From Armatimonadota bacterium (GTDB taxonomy: Bacteria > Armatimonadota > Zipacnadia > Zipacnadales > UBA5352): DNA of 45,931 bases. Position 1 is the first letter of the stretch; each line of letters starts with the position of its first letter. Below are positions 27,355 through 36,990 of this stretch, piece after piece. The notes below the pieces were generated by a model. That model was not told where the DNA came from. It did no database searches and saw nothing but the letters and a program-made list of their open reading frames with translations. The position numbers and the translations under genes are program-made. The stretch covers positions 8,785-54,715 of the forward strand of contig JAYENL010000319.1 in the NCBI GenBank assembly GCA_034722055.1, read 5' to 3'.

Positions 27355-28218
27355 ATGAGTGCTGAGATACTGGAGGGAAGGCCGATCGCCGAGGCCATTC
27401 GCGCGGAGCTGGCCGCGCAGATCGAGGAGATGGAGCGGCCGCCGCGGCTGGTGGCGGTGATGGCCGGCGATGACCCGGGCGCGCGAGCCTATGCGCGCAT
27501 GCAGGCGCGCGCCTGTGAGGAGGTGGGCATCGACTACGGGCTGCGCGAGCTTGAGGCCGACATCACGCAGTCACAGCTTCTCGAGGCCGTCTCCGAGGTG
27601 AACCTCGACCCCCTGGTGGACGGCATCATCCTGCAGCTTCCACTGCCGGACCACCTCGGCGCCTTCGAGGCCCAGAGCAGCATCGATCCGATGAAGGACG
27701 TTGACGGCGTGCATCCCATGAACCTGGGACTGGTGACCGCCGAGCGACCGGTCCTTGCTCCCTGCACGGCCCAGGCGGTGGTGCGGCTGGTGGAGGAGTC
27801 CGGGGCGCAGATTCGCGGCGCGGAGGTCGTCATGGTCGGCCGCTCGGTCATCGTCGGCAAGCCGGCGGCGCTGATGCTCCTGGACCGCGGCGCCACCGTC
27901 ACCATCTGCCGCTCCACCACCCGCGACCTGGCCTTTCACACCTCCCGTGCGGAGATACTGATCGTGGCCATCGGCCAGGCCGAACACGTTCGCGGCGATC
28001 AGATCAAGCCCGGCGCGGTGGTCATCGACGTGGGGATGAACTACATCCCGGGCGAGGGCGATGAGAAGGGCCGCTACGTGGGCGACGTGGCCTTCGAGGA
28101 GGCAAAGGAGGTCGCCGGCGTCATCACGCCGGTCCCTGGCGGCGTCGGCCCCATGACGGTGACGATGCTGCTGCGCAACACGGTTGAGGCGGCGAGAAGA
28201 CAGCGAGGGCGTGCGTAG
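27355..28218 (+). CDS. folD: Methylene-THF dehydrogenase (FolD family)
   Basis: GIILQLPLP, KDVDG, PCT, GRS.IVGKP and TPVPGGVGPMT motifs. Confidence 0.96.
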   Translation: MSAEILEGRPIAEAIRAELAAQIEEMERPPRLVAVMAGDDPGARAYARMQARACEEVGIDYGLRELEADITQSQLLEAVSEVNLDPLVDGIILQLPLPDHLGAFEAQSSIDPMKDVDGVHPMNLGLVTAERPVLAPCTAQAVVRLVEESGAQIRGAEVVMVGRSVIVGKPAALMLLDRGATVTICRSTTRDLAFHTSRAEILIVAIGQAEHVRGDQIKPGAVVIDVGMNYIPGEGDEKGRYVGDVAFEEAKEVAGVITPVPGGVGPMTVTMLLRNTVEAARRQRGRA

Positions 28219-28354
28219 GTTGCGTCGGGCCTCGCTTCGCGTGAACGACTGGCGCCACCGACGACAGCCGGGCCGGAACGGAGACCGGCCCCTCGGAGAC
28301 CTTCGGTCTCAACCACTGGGCAACGACAACGACGGGCGCAGAGGCGCGACCCCG

Positions 28355-29410
28355 TCAGATGCTCACGTTCTCCTCCGCCTCGGCCAGCATCTCGTTCACG
28401 CTGACCGGGCGGCCGGTCTTATCGCACTCGATGGCCGCGAAGACCATCGCCACCGACTTGATGTTGTCCTCGATGGCCGTCTGCGTGGGAACGCCCGTGG
28501 CGAGGTACTCCAGGAACTCCGTCAGGATGGCCTCCCCCGCCTCAGGAGCATCCGCCGGCTGCTCCACGACCTCCTCGGCGCCGTCCACGCGCAGGATCCT
28601 GACGATGTTGTCCGCGTTCACCACCACCGCACCCTCCTCACACTCGGCGCGGTAGTACTCCCTGTGCCAGGGGTTCTCGTAGCCCTCGGTGGTGCAGCTT
28701 CCCTCGTAGAAGCCAAAGGCATCGTCGGTGAGCTTCATGACGTAGAGGCCGTTGGAGTCGCCCTGGAAGTCCGCCCAGGCCGGAATCCAGCCGTAGCCGA
28801 AGATCTCCTGGCAGTCGCGCCCGGAGACGTTACGGATCATGTCGAAGTGGTGCACCGAGCCCTCGATCAGCAGCGCGTACTCCATCTCGTGGCGAAAGCG
28901 CTTGCCCCAGCTCTTGGGCGGGTTGTAGTCGGCTGCGAAGCGGCAGATCACGTAGCTGAGCCGCCCCACATCCCCTCCGCGCACCGCGTCGCGAAAGGCC
29001 AGCATGTAGGGCGAGTAGCGGTAATTCTGCACAACGACCGTAGGCACGTCGGCGGCCTCCACCATCTTCTTGATGCGCACGCTGGCCTCCAGCGTGTCAG
29101 CGATGGGCTTCTCGGTGAGAATCGCCAGGCCATTCTCGCAGGCCGCGCGCACGTTCTCCTCATGCACCCACGGGGGCGTGGAGATGAGGCAGAAGTCCGC
29201 CTCCACCTCCTCAAAGGCGTCGTCGGCCTCTCGGAAGAGCGCAGAGTCCTGCAGGTCATGCGTCTCCGCGGCCTCTCTCAACGCCTCCTCGCTGATGTCC
29301 GCCAGCGCGACGACCTGTATCTGATCGCTGAGCTTCGGCAGCACCTGGTTCGTCCAGTAGCCGCCCCTGCCCCCGCAGCCGGCAACCATGCAGCGCCTCA
29401 CGTCGATCAC
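28355..29410 (-). CDS. Gfo/Idh/MocA family oxidoreductase
   Basis: GCGGRG, EKPIA, QNYRY and HHFD motifs. Confidence 0.88.
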   Translation of the reverse strand: MIDVRRCMVAGCGGRGGYWTNQVLPKLSDQIQVVALADISEEALREAAETHDLQDSALFREADDAFEEVEADFCLISTPPWVHEENVRAACENGLAILTEKPIADTLEASVRIKKMVEAADVPTVVVQNYRYSPYMLAFRDAVRGGDVGRLSYVICRFAADYNPPKSWGKRFRHEMEYALLIEGSVHHFDMIRNVSGRDCQEIFGYGWIPAWADFQGDSNGLYVMKLTDDAFGFYEGSCTTEGYENPWHREYYRAECEEGAVVVNADNIVRILRVDGAEEVVEQPADAPEAGEAILTEFLEYLATGVPTQTAIEDNIKSVAMVFAAIECDKTGRPVSVNEMLAEAEENVSI

Positions 29411-29545
29411 TCCTCGGTCGAGTCCATGTCACAATCGCGGGCGTCACCTGTTGCATTCAACACCCGGGCGTCCGGCAGCAGTCGGCACACCATATTCCGC
29501 AGAGGCCGCCGCTATCCCTCGCCCCGATGTGCGCCTGAGCACGAA

Positions 29546-29574
29546 TTGACCGCGCGCACGAATGGGCGTACAAT
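29546..29574 (+). promoter_or_regulatory. Sigma70-type promoter upstream of hypB
   Basis: TTGACC-17 bp-TACAAT. Confidence 0.65.
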
Positions 29575-29624
29575 GCTCTGGAGGTAAGCGCGCATGCGAC
29601 ACTGCTACTTGAGAGGACAGTTCC

Positions 29625-30290
29625 GTGGGAGACGCTGTTGAGCGCGGCGAGAGCCTCGATATCGTTCTGGACATGGACTTGAGCAAGCGAACCAGCGAGC
29701 TTGCCGACCGCAACCTGGAGCTGCTGGAGCGCTACGGCGTGAGGGCCGTGGACGTGCTGGGATCGGTGGGCTGCGGCAAGACCACGCTCATCAACGAGCT
29801 CATCGATCGCCTCAAAGACCGGCTGCGGATCGCCGTCATCGCCGGGGACATCACCACTCGCTTCGACGCGGAGCGGATCGAGATGCAGGGTGTGCCCGTT
29901 CTCCAGATTCAGACTGGCGGGATCTGCCACCTGGACGGCGAGCTGGTGCGTCGGGCGCTCGAGAAGCTGGATCTGGACGCCATCGACCTGCTGCTGATCG
30001 AGAACGTGGGGAATCTCATCTGCCCCGCGGCATTCCCCGTGGGCACCCACCAGCGCCTGCTCGTGCTGTCGGTCACCGAGGGCCCCCACATGGCCCTCAA
30101 GCACCCTATCATGGTCCGGCAGGCGGACGCGGTGGCCATCAACAAGATCGACCTCGCCGAGGCCATGCGGGTGGACGTCGAGCGGCTTGCTGAGGACGTG
30201 CGGAAGATCAGCCCGGAGATCGAGGTTATCACCACCGTGGCGCGCGACAGGGTGGGCATCGAGGACGTCATCGCCGCGCTGGGGCTGTGA
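29625..30290 (+). CDS. hypB: Hydrogenase nickel incorporation GTPase HypB
   Basis: GSVGCGKT, GGICHLD, IENVGNLICP and INKID motifs. Confidence 0.93.
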   Translation: MGDAVERGESLDIVLDMDLSKRTSELADRNLELLERYGVRAVDVLGSVGCGKTTLINELIDRLKDRLRIAVIAGDITTRFDAERIEMQGVPVLQIQTGGICHLDGELVRRALEKLDLDAIDLLLIENVGNLICPAAFPVGTHQRLLVLSVTEGPHMALKHPIMVRQADAVAINKIDLAEAMRVDVERLAEDVRKISPEIEVITTVARDRVGIEDVIAALGL

Positions 30291-30299
30291 GGCTGCTGC

Positions 30300-30701
30300 A
30301 TGCATGACATCACAGCCGCGCAGGGAATCGCCCGCACTGTGCTGCAGGCGGCTGCGGAGCGGGACGCCGAGCGTGTGGAGCGGGTTCGAATCGTCCTCGG
30401 CGCCATGCAGATGATCGACCCCGAGCAGCTCCAGTTCTGGCTGGGGCACATCCTGCGGGGGACTATCGGCCAGGACGCCCAGATCGATATCGAGCGGCGG
30501 CCCCTGATGATCCGCTGCGAGGCCTGCGGCTACAAGGGCGAGGTGGACGTGCCTGAGGACCCCATCTATCACCTGATGGCCTTCGCGCCGGCCTGTCCCG
30601 AATGTGGCAGCCACGACCTGCAGGTCCTGGGCGGCGACGAGTGTATCGTGCAGAGCATCCGCGTGACCGCTCCGGACGGCCAGGATGATGGCGATGCGTG
30701 A
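30300..30701 (+). CDS. hypA: Hydrogenase maturation nickel metallochaperone HypA
   Basis: N-terminal MH(D), CEAC and CPEC zinc finger. Confidence 0.88.
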   Translation: MHDITAAQGIARTVLQAAAERDAERVERVRIVLGAMQMIDPEQLQFWLGHILRGTIGQDAQIDIERRPLMIRCEACGYKGEVDVPEDPIYHLMAFAPACPECGSHDLQVLGGDECIVQSIRVTAPDGQDDGDA

Positions 30702-31542
30702 GAGCACGCGGCGGCAGCTCCGGCGGCTGGGCGTCCGCCCTCGAAAGGCCCTCGGCCAGCACTTCCTGGTCAACGAGGGTGCGGCGGACGCCATCGTCGC
30801 GGCGGCACTGGCCGAGGATCCGGACGTGGTGGTGGAGATCGGGCCGGGCCTGGGCGTGCTCACCCGGCGGCTGGTGCGCTCGAGCAAGCCGGTGGTGGCC
30901 ATCGAGAAGGACCGGGCCATGGCGTCCGAGGTGGCACGCATCGGTGACGAGCACCCCAACCTGGAGGTCCGCTACGCGGACGTGCTGGAGGCGGACCTGA
31001 GTGAGCTGACTGCCGGCGGGCACTGCGTGGCGGTGGGGAACATCCCCTACCAGATCACCTCCCCGCTGCTGGAGAAGCTGCTGACCTGTCAGCCACCGTT
31101 CGCGGCCATCGTGTTGATGGTGCAGCGTGAGGTCGGCGAGCGGCTGGCGGCCGAGCCAGGCACCAGCGAGTACGGGGCACTGACCCTGCTGGCGCGCTTC
31201 TACGCCCACGAGCCCGAGGTAGTGGCGGAGCTGGCGCCGGGGTCGTTCCACCCGCCGCCGAAGGTGCACTCGGTAGTCCTGAAGGTGATTCCCCGCCAGC
31301 CGCCCGTCGAGGAGGGTCGGCGGCGGGAGCTGCTGTTCGCGGTGGTGAAGGCCGCCTTCGGCCAGCGCCGCAAGCAGCTCCCCAATGCGCTCAGCGGCGC
31401 GCCGGAGCTGGAGATTGACAAGAGCCAGGCGCGTGAGGCCCTCATCCGGGCGGGCATAGCGACCGAGCGCCGGGGCGAGACGCTCTCCCTGGAGGAGTTC
31501 GCGACCTTGACCGAGGCGGTGGAGGAGGTCGCGAACGAGTGA
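30685..31542 (+). CDS. rsmA: 16S rRNA (A1518/A1519) dimethyltransferase
   Basis: LGQHFL, EIGPGLG, GNIPYQIT, F.PPPKV.S and AFGQRRK motifs. Confidence 0.95.
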   Translation: MMAMRESTRRQLRRLGVRPRKALGQHFLVNEGAADAIVAAALAEDPDVVVEIGPGLGVLTRRLVRSSKPVVAIEKDRAMASEVARIGDEHPNLEVRYADVLEADLSELTAGGHCVAVGNIPYQITSPLLEKLLTCQPPFAAIVLMVQREVGERLAAEPGTSEYGALTLLARFYAHEPEVVAELAPGSFHPPPKVHSVVLKVIPRQPPVEEGRRRELLFAVVKAAFGQRRKQLPNALSGAPELEIDKSQAREALIRAGIATERRGETLSLEEFATLTEAVEEVANE

Positions 31543-32432
31543 GCGGGGTGCGCCTGCGTGCTTTCTGCAAGATCAACCTCTGCCTGGAGGTGCTCGGCCG
31601 CAGACCCGATGGCTATCACGAGCTGGCGACGGTCTTCCAGGCCCTCTCCCTCGCCGACGACGTGCGGGTGCGGACCCGCGACGAGCGGGGCATCACGCTG
31701 GACGTGGACGGCGATGGCGTGCCGCCCGGACGGGCCAACCTGGCCTGGCAGGCGGCCAAGGCCTACCGACAGGAGCGAAACTGGCCGGAGGGGGTGAGCC
31801 TCGGCCTCGTCAAGCGTATACCGGTGGGCGCCGGTCTGGGCGGCGGCAGCACGGACGCGGCCGCAGTGCTCAATGGGCTGGCGGAGCTCGACCCGGACCC
31901 GCTGGGTGTGCTGGAGCTGCGCGCCCTGGCCGCCGATCTCGGCGCTGACGTGCCCTTCTTCATCACCGGCGGGGCGGCCATCGGATACGGGCGGGGCGAC
32001 GAGGTCAATGGACTGATAGGCGGCATCTTGGGATGGGTCGTGCTGGCGCGCCCACGGGACCTGCAGATACCCACCTCCGAGGCCTACTCCATGCTCTCGG
32101 CGGACGACTTCACCGACGGCTCCAGAGCAGCAGAGATGGCCACCACGCTGGAGCACTTCGCCGGGCTCGCCGCCGTCGCGGACCTGGTGTACACTGCCTT
32201 CTCGCGCCCACTGATCGAGCGCTGGCCGGTGCTGGGAGAGCTGCGGGAAGGGCTCCGTGAGTTGGGAGCGCTGGCGGCGGAGATCACGGGCTCCGGCTCG
32301 GCGGTGTTCGGCCTCTTCGAGCGAGAGAGCCTCGCGGAGCAGGCGGCGCAGTCCCTGGCCGCCGCGGGGCACTGGACGCGCGTTACCGAGCCGGTGGAGA
32401 TTGGAGCGGAGATCATTGAGCGAACAGAGTGA
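31539..32432 (+). CDS. ispE: 4-diphosphocytidyl-2-C-methyl-D-erythritol kinase
   Basis: KINL, DGYHEL, KRIPVGAGLGGGS, GADVPFF and TGSGS motifs. Confidence 0.95.
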   Translation: MSGVRLRAFCKINLCLEVLGRRPDGYHELATVFQALSLADDVRVRTRDERGITLDVDGDGVPPGRANLAWQAAKAYRQERNWPEGVSLGLVKRIPVGAGLGGGSTDAAAVLNGLAELDPDPLGVLELRALAADLGADVPFFITGGAAIGYGRGDEVNGLIGGILGWVVLARPRDLQIPTSEAYSMLSADDFTDGSRAAEMATTLEHFAGLAAVADLVYTAFSRPLIERWPVLGELREGLRELGALAAEITGSGSAVFGLFERESLAEQAAQSLAAAGHWTRVTEPVEIGAEIIERTE

Positions 32433-33216
32433 GGCTGTCGGCGGCGAGCAGACGGTGCCCGCTGCGGTGCTGGCCGGCGGTGGCGCGACGGACCGTGTGG
32501 CGGCCGCGGCACCGTGTAAGGGCCTGGTGGAGGTGGAGGACCGGCCGCTGGTGGAGTGGGTGCTCGACGCGCTGAATGGGGCGCAGTTGGTCTCCGAGGT
32601 GGTGATCGTCGAGGGCCCGACGCGCCCGATCAGCGCCACAGGCCGTGGCCTCGCTGCGGAGGTCATCTCGGCCGACGGAGACGGCTTCATCGACACCCTC
32701 ACTGCGGCGGCCCAGGCGCTGGATGGCCACGAGAGGTTCCTGGTGGCGACGGGCGATCTGCCGATGCTGACGCCCGAGGCGGTGGACGGCTTCGTGCGGT
32801 CTTGTCAAGAATCGCAGGCTGAGGTATTATATCCACTAGTCAAGGCCGAGGACATCAACCGAGCCTTCCCCGGACGAGGCAAGAGAGCGGTCCGTCTGCG
32901 GGAGGGCCGTTTCGTCGGCGCGAACCTCGCGATGCTGTCGCGGCGGTTCGTTCTGGAGGAGGGGCCGACCATCGCCACCACCTTCGCCCGGCGGAAGAAC
33001 CCGCTGACCATGGCCGGGATGTTCGGCTGGTGGTTCGTGGTCCGGCTGCTGACGGGTCGGCTGTCGGCGGCGGACCTCGAGCGGCGGGCCTCCGAGATGC
33101 TGGGCGCGAAGATGCAGGCGGTCCCGACGCAGTGGCCGGAGATAGGGTTCGACGTTGATGACGCGCGCGATCTTGCGCTGGCGCGTCGCTATGTGAGTGA
33201 GCGGCGGGGCGGCTGA
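32416..33216 (+). CDS. MobA-like nucleotidyltransferase family protein
   Basis: AVLAGG...K.L, GDLP and EIGFDVD motifs; start uncertain (TTG 32416 after GGAG). Confidence 0.78.
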   Translation: MSEQSEAVGGEQTVPAAVLAGGGATDRVAAAAPCKGLVEVEDRPLVEWVLDALNGAQLVSEVVIVEGPTRPISATGRGLAAEVISADGDGFIDTLTAAAQALDGHERFLVATGDLPMLTPEAVDGFVRSCQESQAEVLYPLVKAEDINRAFPGRGKRAVRLREGRFVGANLAMLSRRFVLEEGPTIATTFARRKNPLTMAGMFGWWFVVRLLTGRLSAADLERRASEMLGAKMQAVPTQWPEIGFDVDDARDLALARRYVSERRGG

Positions 33217-33233
33217 GATCGCTTCGCCTGCGC

Positions 33234-33308
33234 TGGGGCGTGGCCAAGTGGTAAGGCGCGGGACTTTGGATCCCGTATTCGCAGGTTCGAATCCTGCCGC
33301 CCCAGCCA
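33234..33308 (+). tRNA. tRNA-Gln (anticodon TTG)
   Basis: TGGGGCG/CGCCCCA acceptor stem, D-loop AAGTGGTA, anticodon loop CTTTGGA, GGTTCGAATCC T-arm, encoded CCA. Confidence 0.97.
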
Positions 33309-33383
33309 TACGTTTCTGACACTGACGCGAATGACACAGACCGCCTTCGCAGGCGCGTTACGCGGAGGCCGGGAGGCATTGTG

Positions 33384-34151
33384 ATGGAACTGATCGAGCT
33401 GAAGGCTGACGCACGAGAGGAGACCGGGAAGGGCCCCGCTCGGCGAATGCGCGGGCGTGGGATAATCCCCGGAGTGGTCTACGGGCTGAGGCGGGACACG
33501 CTGCACGTGTCCGTTCCACGCCTGCAGCTTGAGCGTGTCTACGGCAGCGCAGAGAATGTGCTCATCGACCTGGATGTTCCCGGTGAGGAGAAGGAAGAGG
33601 CCGTGGCCGCGGTGGTCAAGGAGATTCAGCGCGACCCCGTCACCCAGGATCCGCTGAGCGTGGACTTCCAGTGGATTTCGCTGGAGGAGACCATTGAGGT
33701 GGAGGTGCCCATTCAGATCACCGGGCACGCTCCGGGCGTGGATGAGGAGGGCGGAGTGGTGCAGATGCAGCTTCATACCATCCCGGTGAGCTGCCTGCCC
33801 ACCGATATTCCGCAGAGCATCACCACTGAGATCGAGGGCATGGAGATCGGCGACGCGCTCTTCGTCGAGGACCTGCCGGAGGTCGAAGGCGTCACCTACA
33901 TCCCGGAGCCCGACGAGGTCGTCCTCAGCATCGCTCCCCCCATTACCGAGGAGGAGCTTGAGGCCCGCATCGACGAGGAGATGCTGGAGTCTCTGGTGGA
34001 CCTGGAGGTCGGCGAGGAGGTCGTCGAGGCCGAGGAGCTGATCCCGGAGGCCGAGGAAGAGGAGGTCGAGGAGCGCGCTCCGAGCGCGCCTGAGGGCGCT
34101 CAGGTCGATGTCCAGGAGGCCGACGAGGAGGAGCTGGAGGGCCCGGCCTGA
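33384..34151 (+). CDS. rplY: 50S ribosomal protein L25/Ctc (long form with acidic tail)
   Basis: GKGPARRMR..G.IPGVVYG, KEIQRDPV and VDF motifs; upstream of pth. Confidence 0.94.
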   Translation: MELIELKADAREETGKGPARRMRGRGIIPGVVYGLRRDTLHVSVPRLQLERVYGSAENVLIDLDVPGEEKEEAVAAVVKEIQRDPVTQDPLSVDFQWISLEETIEVEVPIQITGHAPGVDEEGGVVQMQLHTIPVSCLPTDIPQSITTEIEGMEIGDALFVEDLPEVEGVTYIPEPDEVVLSIAPPITEEELEARIDEEMLESLVDLEVGEEVVEAEELIPEAEEEEVEERAPSAPEGAQVDVQEADEEELEGPA

Positions 34152-34173
34152 GGCCGGCGCACACGCGTAGACG

Positions 34174-34734
34174 ATGTGGGGAATCATCGGGCTGGGCAAT
34201 GCCGGCGCCGAGTACGAGCAGACGCGGCATAACGTGGGCTTTGAGGCGGTGCACGCACTGTCTCGGGCCCACCGAATCCGTCTGCGTCGGCCTCGCGCCG
34301 CCGCCCTGGCGGGCATGGGGGAGATCGACGGGGTCCCGGTGCTGCTGGGCATGCCGTTGACCATGATGAACGCCAGCGGTGTGGCCGTGGCCCGGCTCTG
34401 CCACCTCCACGATCTGCAGCCCGAGGAGCTCATCATCATCGTCGATGACGTCAACCTCGATCTGGGCCAGATGCGCCTGCGGCGTGGGGGCTCGGAGGGC
34501 GGGCACAATGGGCTGAAGTCCGTCACTGATCGGCTCGGCACGCGAGACTACCCGCGGCTGCGCATCGGCATCGGCTCCCCTCCAGGTGGCATGAGCGTCC
34601 GCGATTGGGTGCTCTCGCCCTTCTCCGCCGAGCAGCGCGAGGAGGCTGATGAGGCCATCGGCCGGGCGCGGAAGTGCATCGAGACGGCCGTCACCGAGGG
34701 GCTGGAGGCGGCCATGAACGAGTTCAACTCCTGA
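34174..34734 (+). CDS. pth: Peptidyl-tRNA hydrolase
   Basis: GLGN...Y..TRHNVGF, MN.SG, GGHNGLKS and RLRIGIG motifs. Confidence 0.96.
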   Translation: MWGIIGLGNAGAEYEQTRHNVGFEAVHALSRAHRIRLRRPRAAALAGMGEIDGVPVLLGMPLTMMNASGVAVARLCHLHDLQPEELIIIVDDVNLDLGQMRLRRGGSEGGHNGLKSVTDRLGTRDYPRLRIGIGSPPGGMSVRDWVLSPFSAEQREEADEAIGRARKCIETAVTEGLEAAMNEFNS

Positions 34735-34756
34735 CCGCATCCCTCTGGAGGCTCTC

Positions 34757-35422
34757 ATGGCGCGCAGGGTCAGCAGGGGCCGGCGCAGGAAGATCACTCC
34801 CGCGGGATGGTTCGGCATCGGCTGCGGGGCCACGCTGGTCATCGGCCTCATCGCCCTGGGCGTGGTCTACTACTTGCTTACCGCTGAGCCCCCGCTTCCG
34901 CCCGAGGCCGCCCAATCCCGCCAGGCGCAGTCACAGCCCACCTCCGGCTCCCCAGCGTCCTCACCGGCGGGGCCTGGCTCGCACTCCGTCCCCTCCCTGG
35001 AGCAGCAGATCCGGCAGGTGCAGCGCGCGTCACGATCCCGGCAGCCCACTCAGGTGACGCTGACCGTCCAGCAGGACGATCTCAACAGCCTCATCAGGCG
35101 CCAAGCCCCGCCCGACGTGCGCGACCTCACCTTCTACTTCGGCGACGGAACCGTGGCGGGCACGGGCGAGGTCACCTGGGAGGGCCGGAGGCTGCACCTG
35201 ACCGTCCGCGCCCGTCCTGTCGTCTCCGGTGGGCAGGTCGCGCTGGACGTGCAGGAGGTGCGGCTCGGCCGCCTGCAGGCACCCGCCGGCATCCAGCAGC
35301 AGGTGCGAGACCAACTCAACCGGGGGGTCCAGGAGCTGCTCTCCGAACGCACCATGCGCGCCGAGTCCGTGGAGGTGCGCCCGGGTGTGATGACCATCCA
35401 GGGCCGGGTCGGCGGGCGATGA
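34757..35422 (+). CDS. Single-pass membrane hypothetical protein (possible tubular lipid-binding-like C-terminal domain)
   Basis: GGAGG RBS, one TM helix, P/S/Q-rich linker, beta-rich C-terminus. Confidence 0.6.
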   Translation: MARRVSRGRRRKITPAGWFGIGCGATLVIGLIALGVVYYLLTAEPPLPPEAAQSRQAQSQPTSGSPASSPAGPGSHSVPSLEQQIRQVQRASRSRQPTQVTLTVQQDDLNSLIRRQAPPDVRDLTFYFGDGTVAGTGEVTWEGRRLHLTVRARPVVSGGQVALDVQEVRLGRLQAPAGIQQQVRDQLNRGVQELLSERTMRAESVEVRPGVMTIQGRVGGR

Positions 35423-35453
35423 GGCCGGGCGAGCCCGCGGCCGGTGACCTGCA

Positions 35454-36356
35454 GTGACAGCCGCCCGGTCCCAATCGACTCAGGACACCCGCGGCCGGCG
35501 GCGCATCTGGACCACGACCCTCCGCCTGGCGGTGCCCGACCTGCCCCCCGGCCTTGTCGGCAGCCGCCTCGCCTTCGTCTCCGACCTCCACGAGGACCAG
35601 CTCTACGTCACCCGCGAGGAGCTGTTCGACGCGGTGGAGCGTGCTGCGCCCCGCATACTGCTGCTGGGCGGCGACTACGCGGCCAACAGGCGAAACAGGG
35701 ATGCGGCCCTGGACCTGCTGTCTGAGCTGGCGAGGCGCATCCCGACCCTCGGCGTACCCGGCAACGCCGATCACTACTATCGCCTCGACCTGCAGGCGGC
35801 GCGGGAGAGGCTCCGGGCCGGCGGTGGCGATCTGCTGGTCAATCAGTCCCGCCCGGTGGAGCTGGGAGGCGCGCGGATTGAGATCGTGGGGCTCGATGAC
35901 CCTGAAGAGAGAGCGGTGGACGTGGATGCCGCACTGGCCGGGCTCAGCGGTGCTGCGCCCTTCCGCGTGGCGCTGGTGCACTCGCCGGCTGCGTGGCAGG
36001 TGTTGGGCGGGGTGGGGGCGCATATCCTCCTGTGCGGGCACTCGCACGGCGGACAGGTGCGGCTGCCGGGCCTTGAGGCGCCGGTCACCCACCTGAGCTA
36101 TCCCGCTCGGGTGGCCGCGGGGCTCTTCCGCTATCGTGAGGAGCCACGGCCCCGTGTGGACCGCCTCTTGAGCCATTGGCAGATCCTCGCGCGCCGCCGG
36201 CGTCCGATCGTCGCCTCCACGGCCGACGGGCCGCTCATGTATGTCAGCCGCGGGGTGGGCACGGCCATCCTGGGCGTGCGCCTGCTATGCCCGCCGGAGC
36301 TGGTGCTGATCGAGCTGCACGCGGAGGAGGCCGATGAAGCAGGCCGACAGCGATAG
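35454..36356 (+). CDS. Calcineurin-like metallophosphoesterase (YkuE/YaeI-like)
   Basis: SDLH, GGD, GNAD, GHSHGGQ and YVSRGVG motifs. Confidence 0.85.
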   Translation: MTAARSQSTQDTRGRRRIWTTTLRLAVPDLPPGLVGSRLAFVSDLHEDQLYVTREELFDAVERAAPRILLLGGDYAANRRNRDAALDLLSELARRIPTLGVPGNADHYYRLDLQAARERLRAGGGDLLVNQSRPVELGGARIEIVGLDDPEERAVDVDAALAGLSGAAPFRVALVHSPAAWQVLGGVGAHILLCGHSHGGQVRLPGLEAPVTHLSYPARVAAGLFRYREEPRPRVDRLLSHWQILARRRRPIVASTADGPLMYVSRGVGTAILGVRLLCPPELVLIELHAEEADEAGRQR

Positions 36357-36990
36357 CCCTGCCGAGCCGACGCACTACTTCGTGCAGCGGCCGCAGGTGC
36401 CGTCGCGGCCGCGCGAGATCGCGGCGGAGGTGCGGGGACAGCGCCTCAGCCTGGTCACGGACCGCGGGGTGTTCTCCTACGGGAAGGTCGATTCCGGCAG
36501 CCGCCTGCTGGCTGAGAAGATGCAACTGCCCGAGACCGGTGAGCTGCTGGACTGGGGCTGCGCGTGGGGGCTGATCGGCATCGTGGCCGCCCGCATCCGC
36601 CCCCGCCTGCAGGTGACCATGGTGGATGTGAACCACCGGGCCTGCGAGCTGGCGCGGGAGAACGCCAGGCGCAACCGGGTAGAGGTCGAGGTGCTCTGCG
36701 GACCGGCGGAGGAGGTCCTGGCCGGTCGGCGCTTCGACGTCATCGTCGTTAATCCACCTATCAGCGCCGGCCGCGCAGCCGTGCTGGCCATGATGGACTG
36801 GTGTGCGGAGGCCCTGCGAGAGGGCGGCAGCTTCTGGATGGTGGCCGCCACCAAGAAGGGCGCCAAGACGCTCCGCCGCGAGCTGGAGGCTCGCTACGCG
36901 AGCGTGCAGCGTGCAGCCATGCGCGGCGGATTCCGTGTCTACTGCTGCAAGAAGCCCCTGGCGAGGGAGGAAGATGGCTGTGACGAGTAG
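36334..36990 (+). CDS. Class I SAM methyltransferase, RsmC/YbxB-like
   Basis: HYF, GVFS..VD.GSRLL, LDWGC.WG and NPP motifs. Confidence 0.87.
   Translation: MKQADSDSPAEPTHYFVQRPQVPSRPREIAAEVRGQRLSLVTDRGVFSYGKVDSGSRLLAEKMQLPETGELLDWGCAWGLIGIVAARIRPRLQVTMVDVNHRACELARENARRNRVEVEVLCGPAEEVLAGRRFDVIVVNPPISAGRAAVLAMMDWCAEALREGGSFWMVAATKKGAKTLRRELEARYASVQRAAMRGGFRVYCCKKPLAREEDGCDE

Noticed and set aside
33234..33308. tRNA-Gln as an island integration site
   Set aside because: Flanked by core genes; no integrase or duplicated tRNA 3' end seen
33950..34151. Very acidic tail of L25 and the repetitive GAG-rich smc interior
   Set aside because: Normal features of Ctc-type L25 and SMC coiled coils
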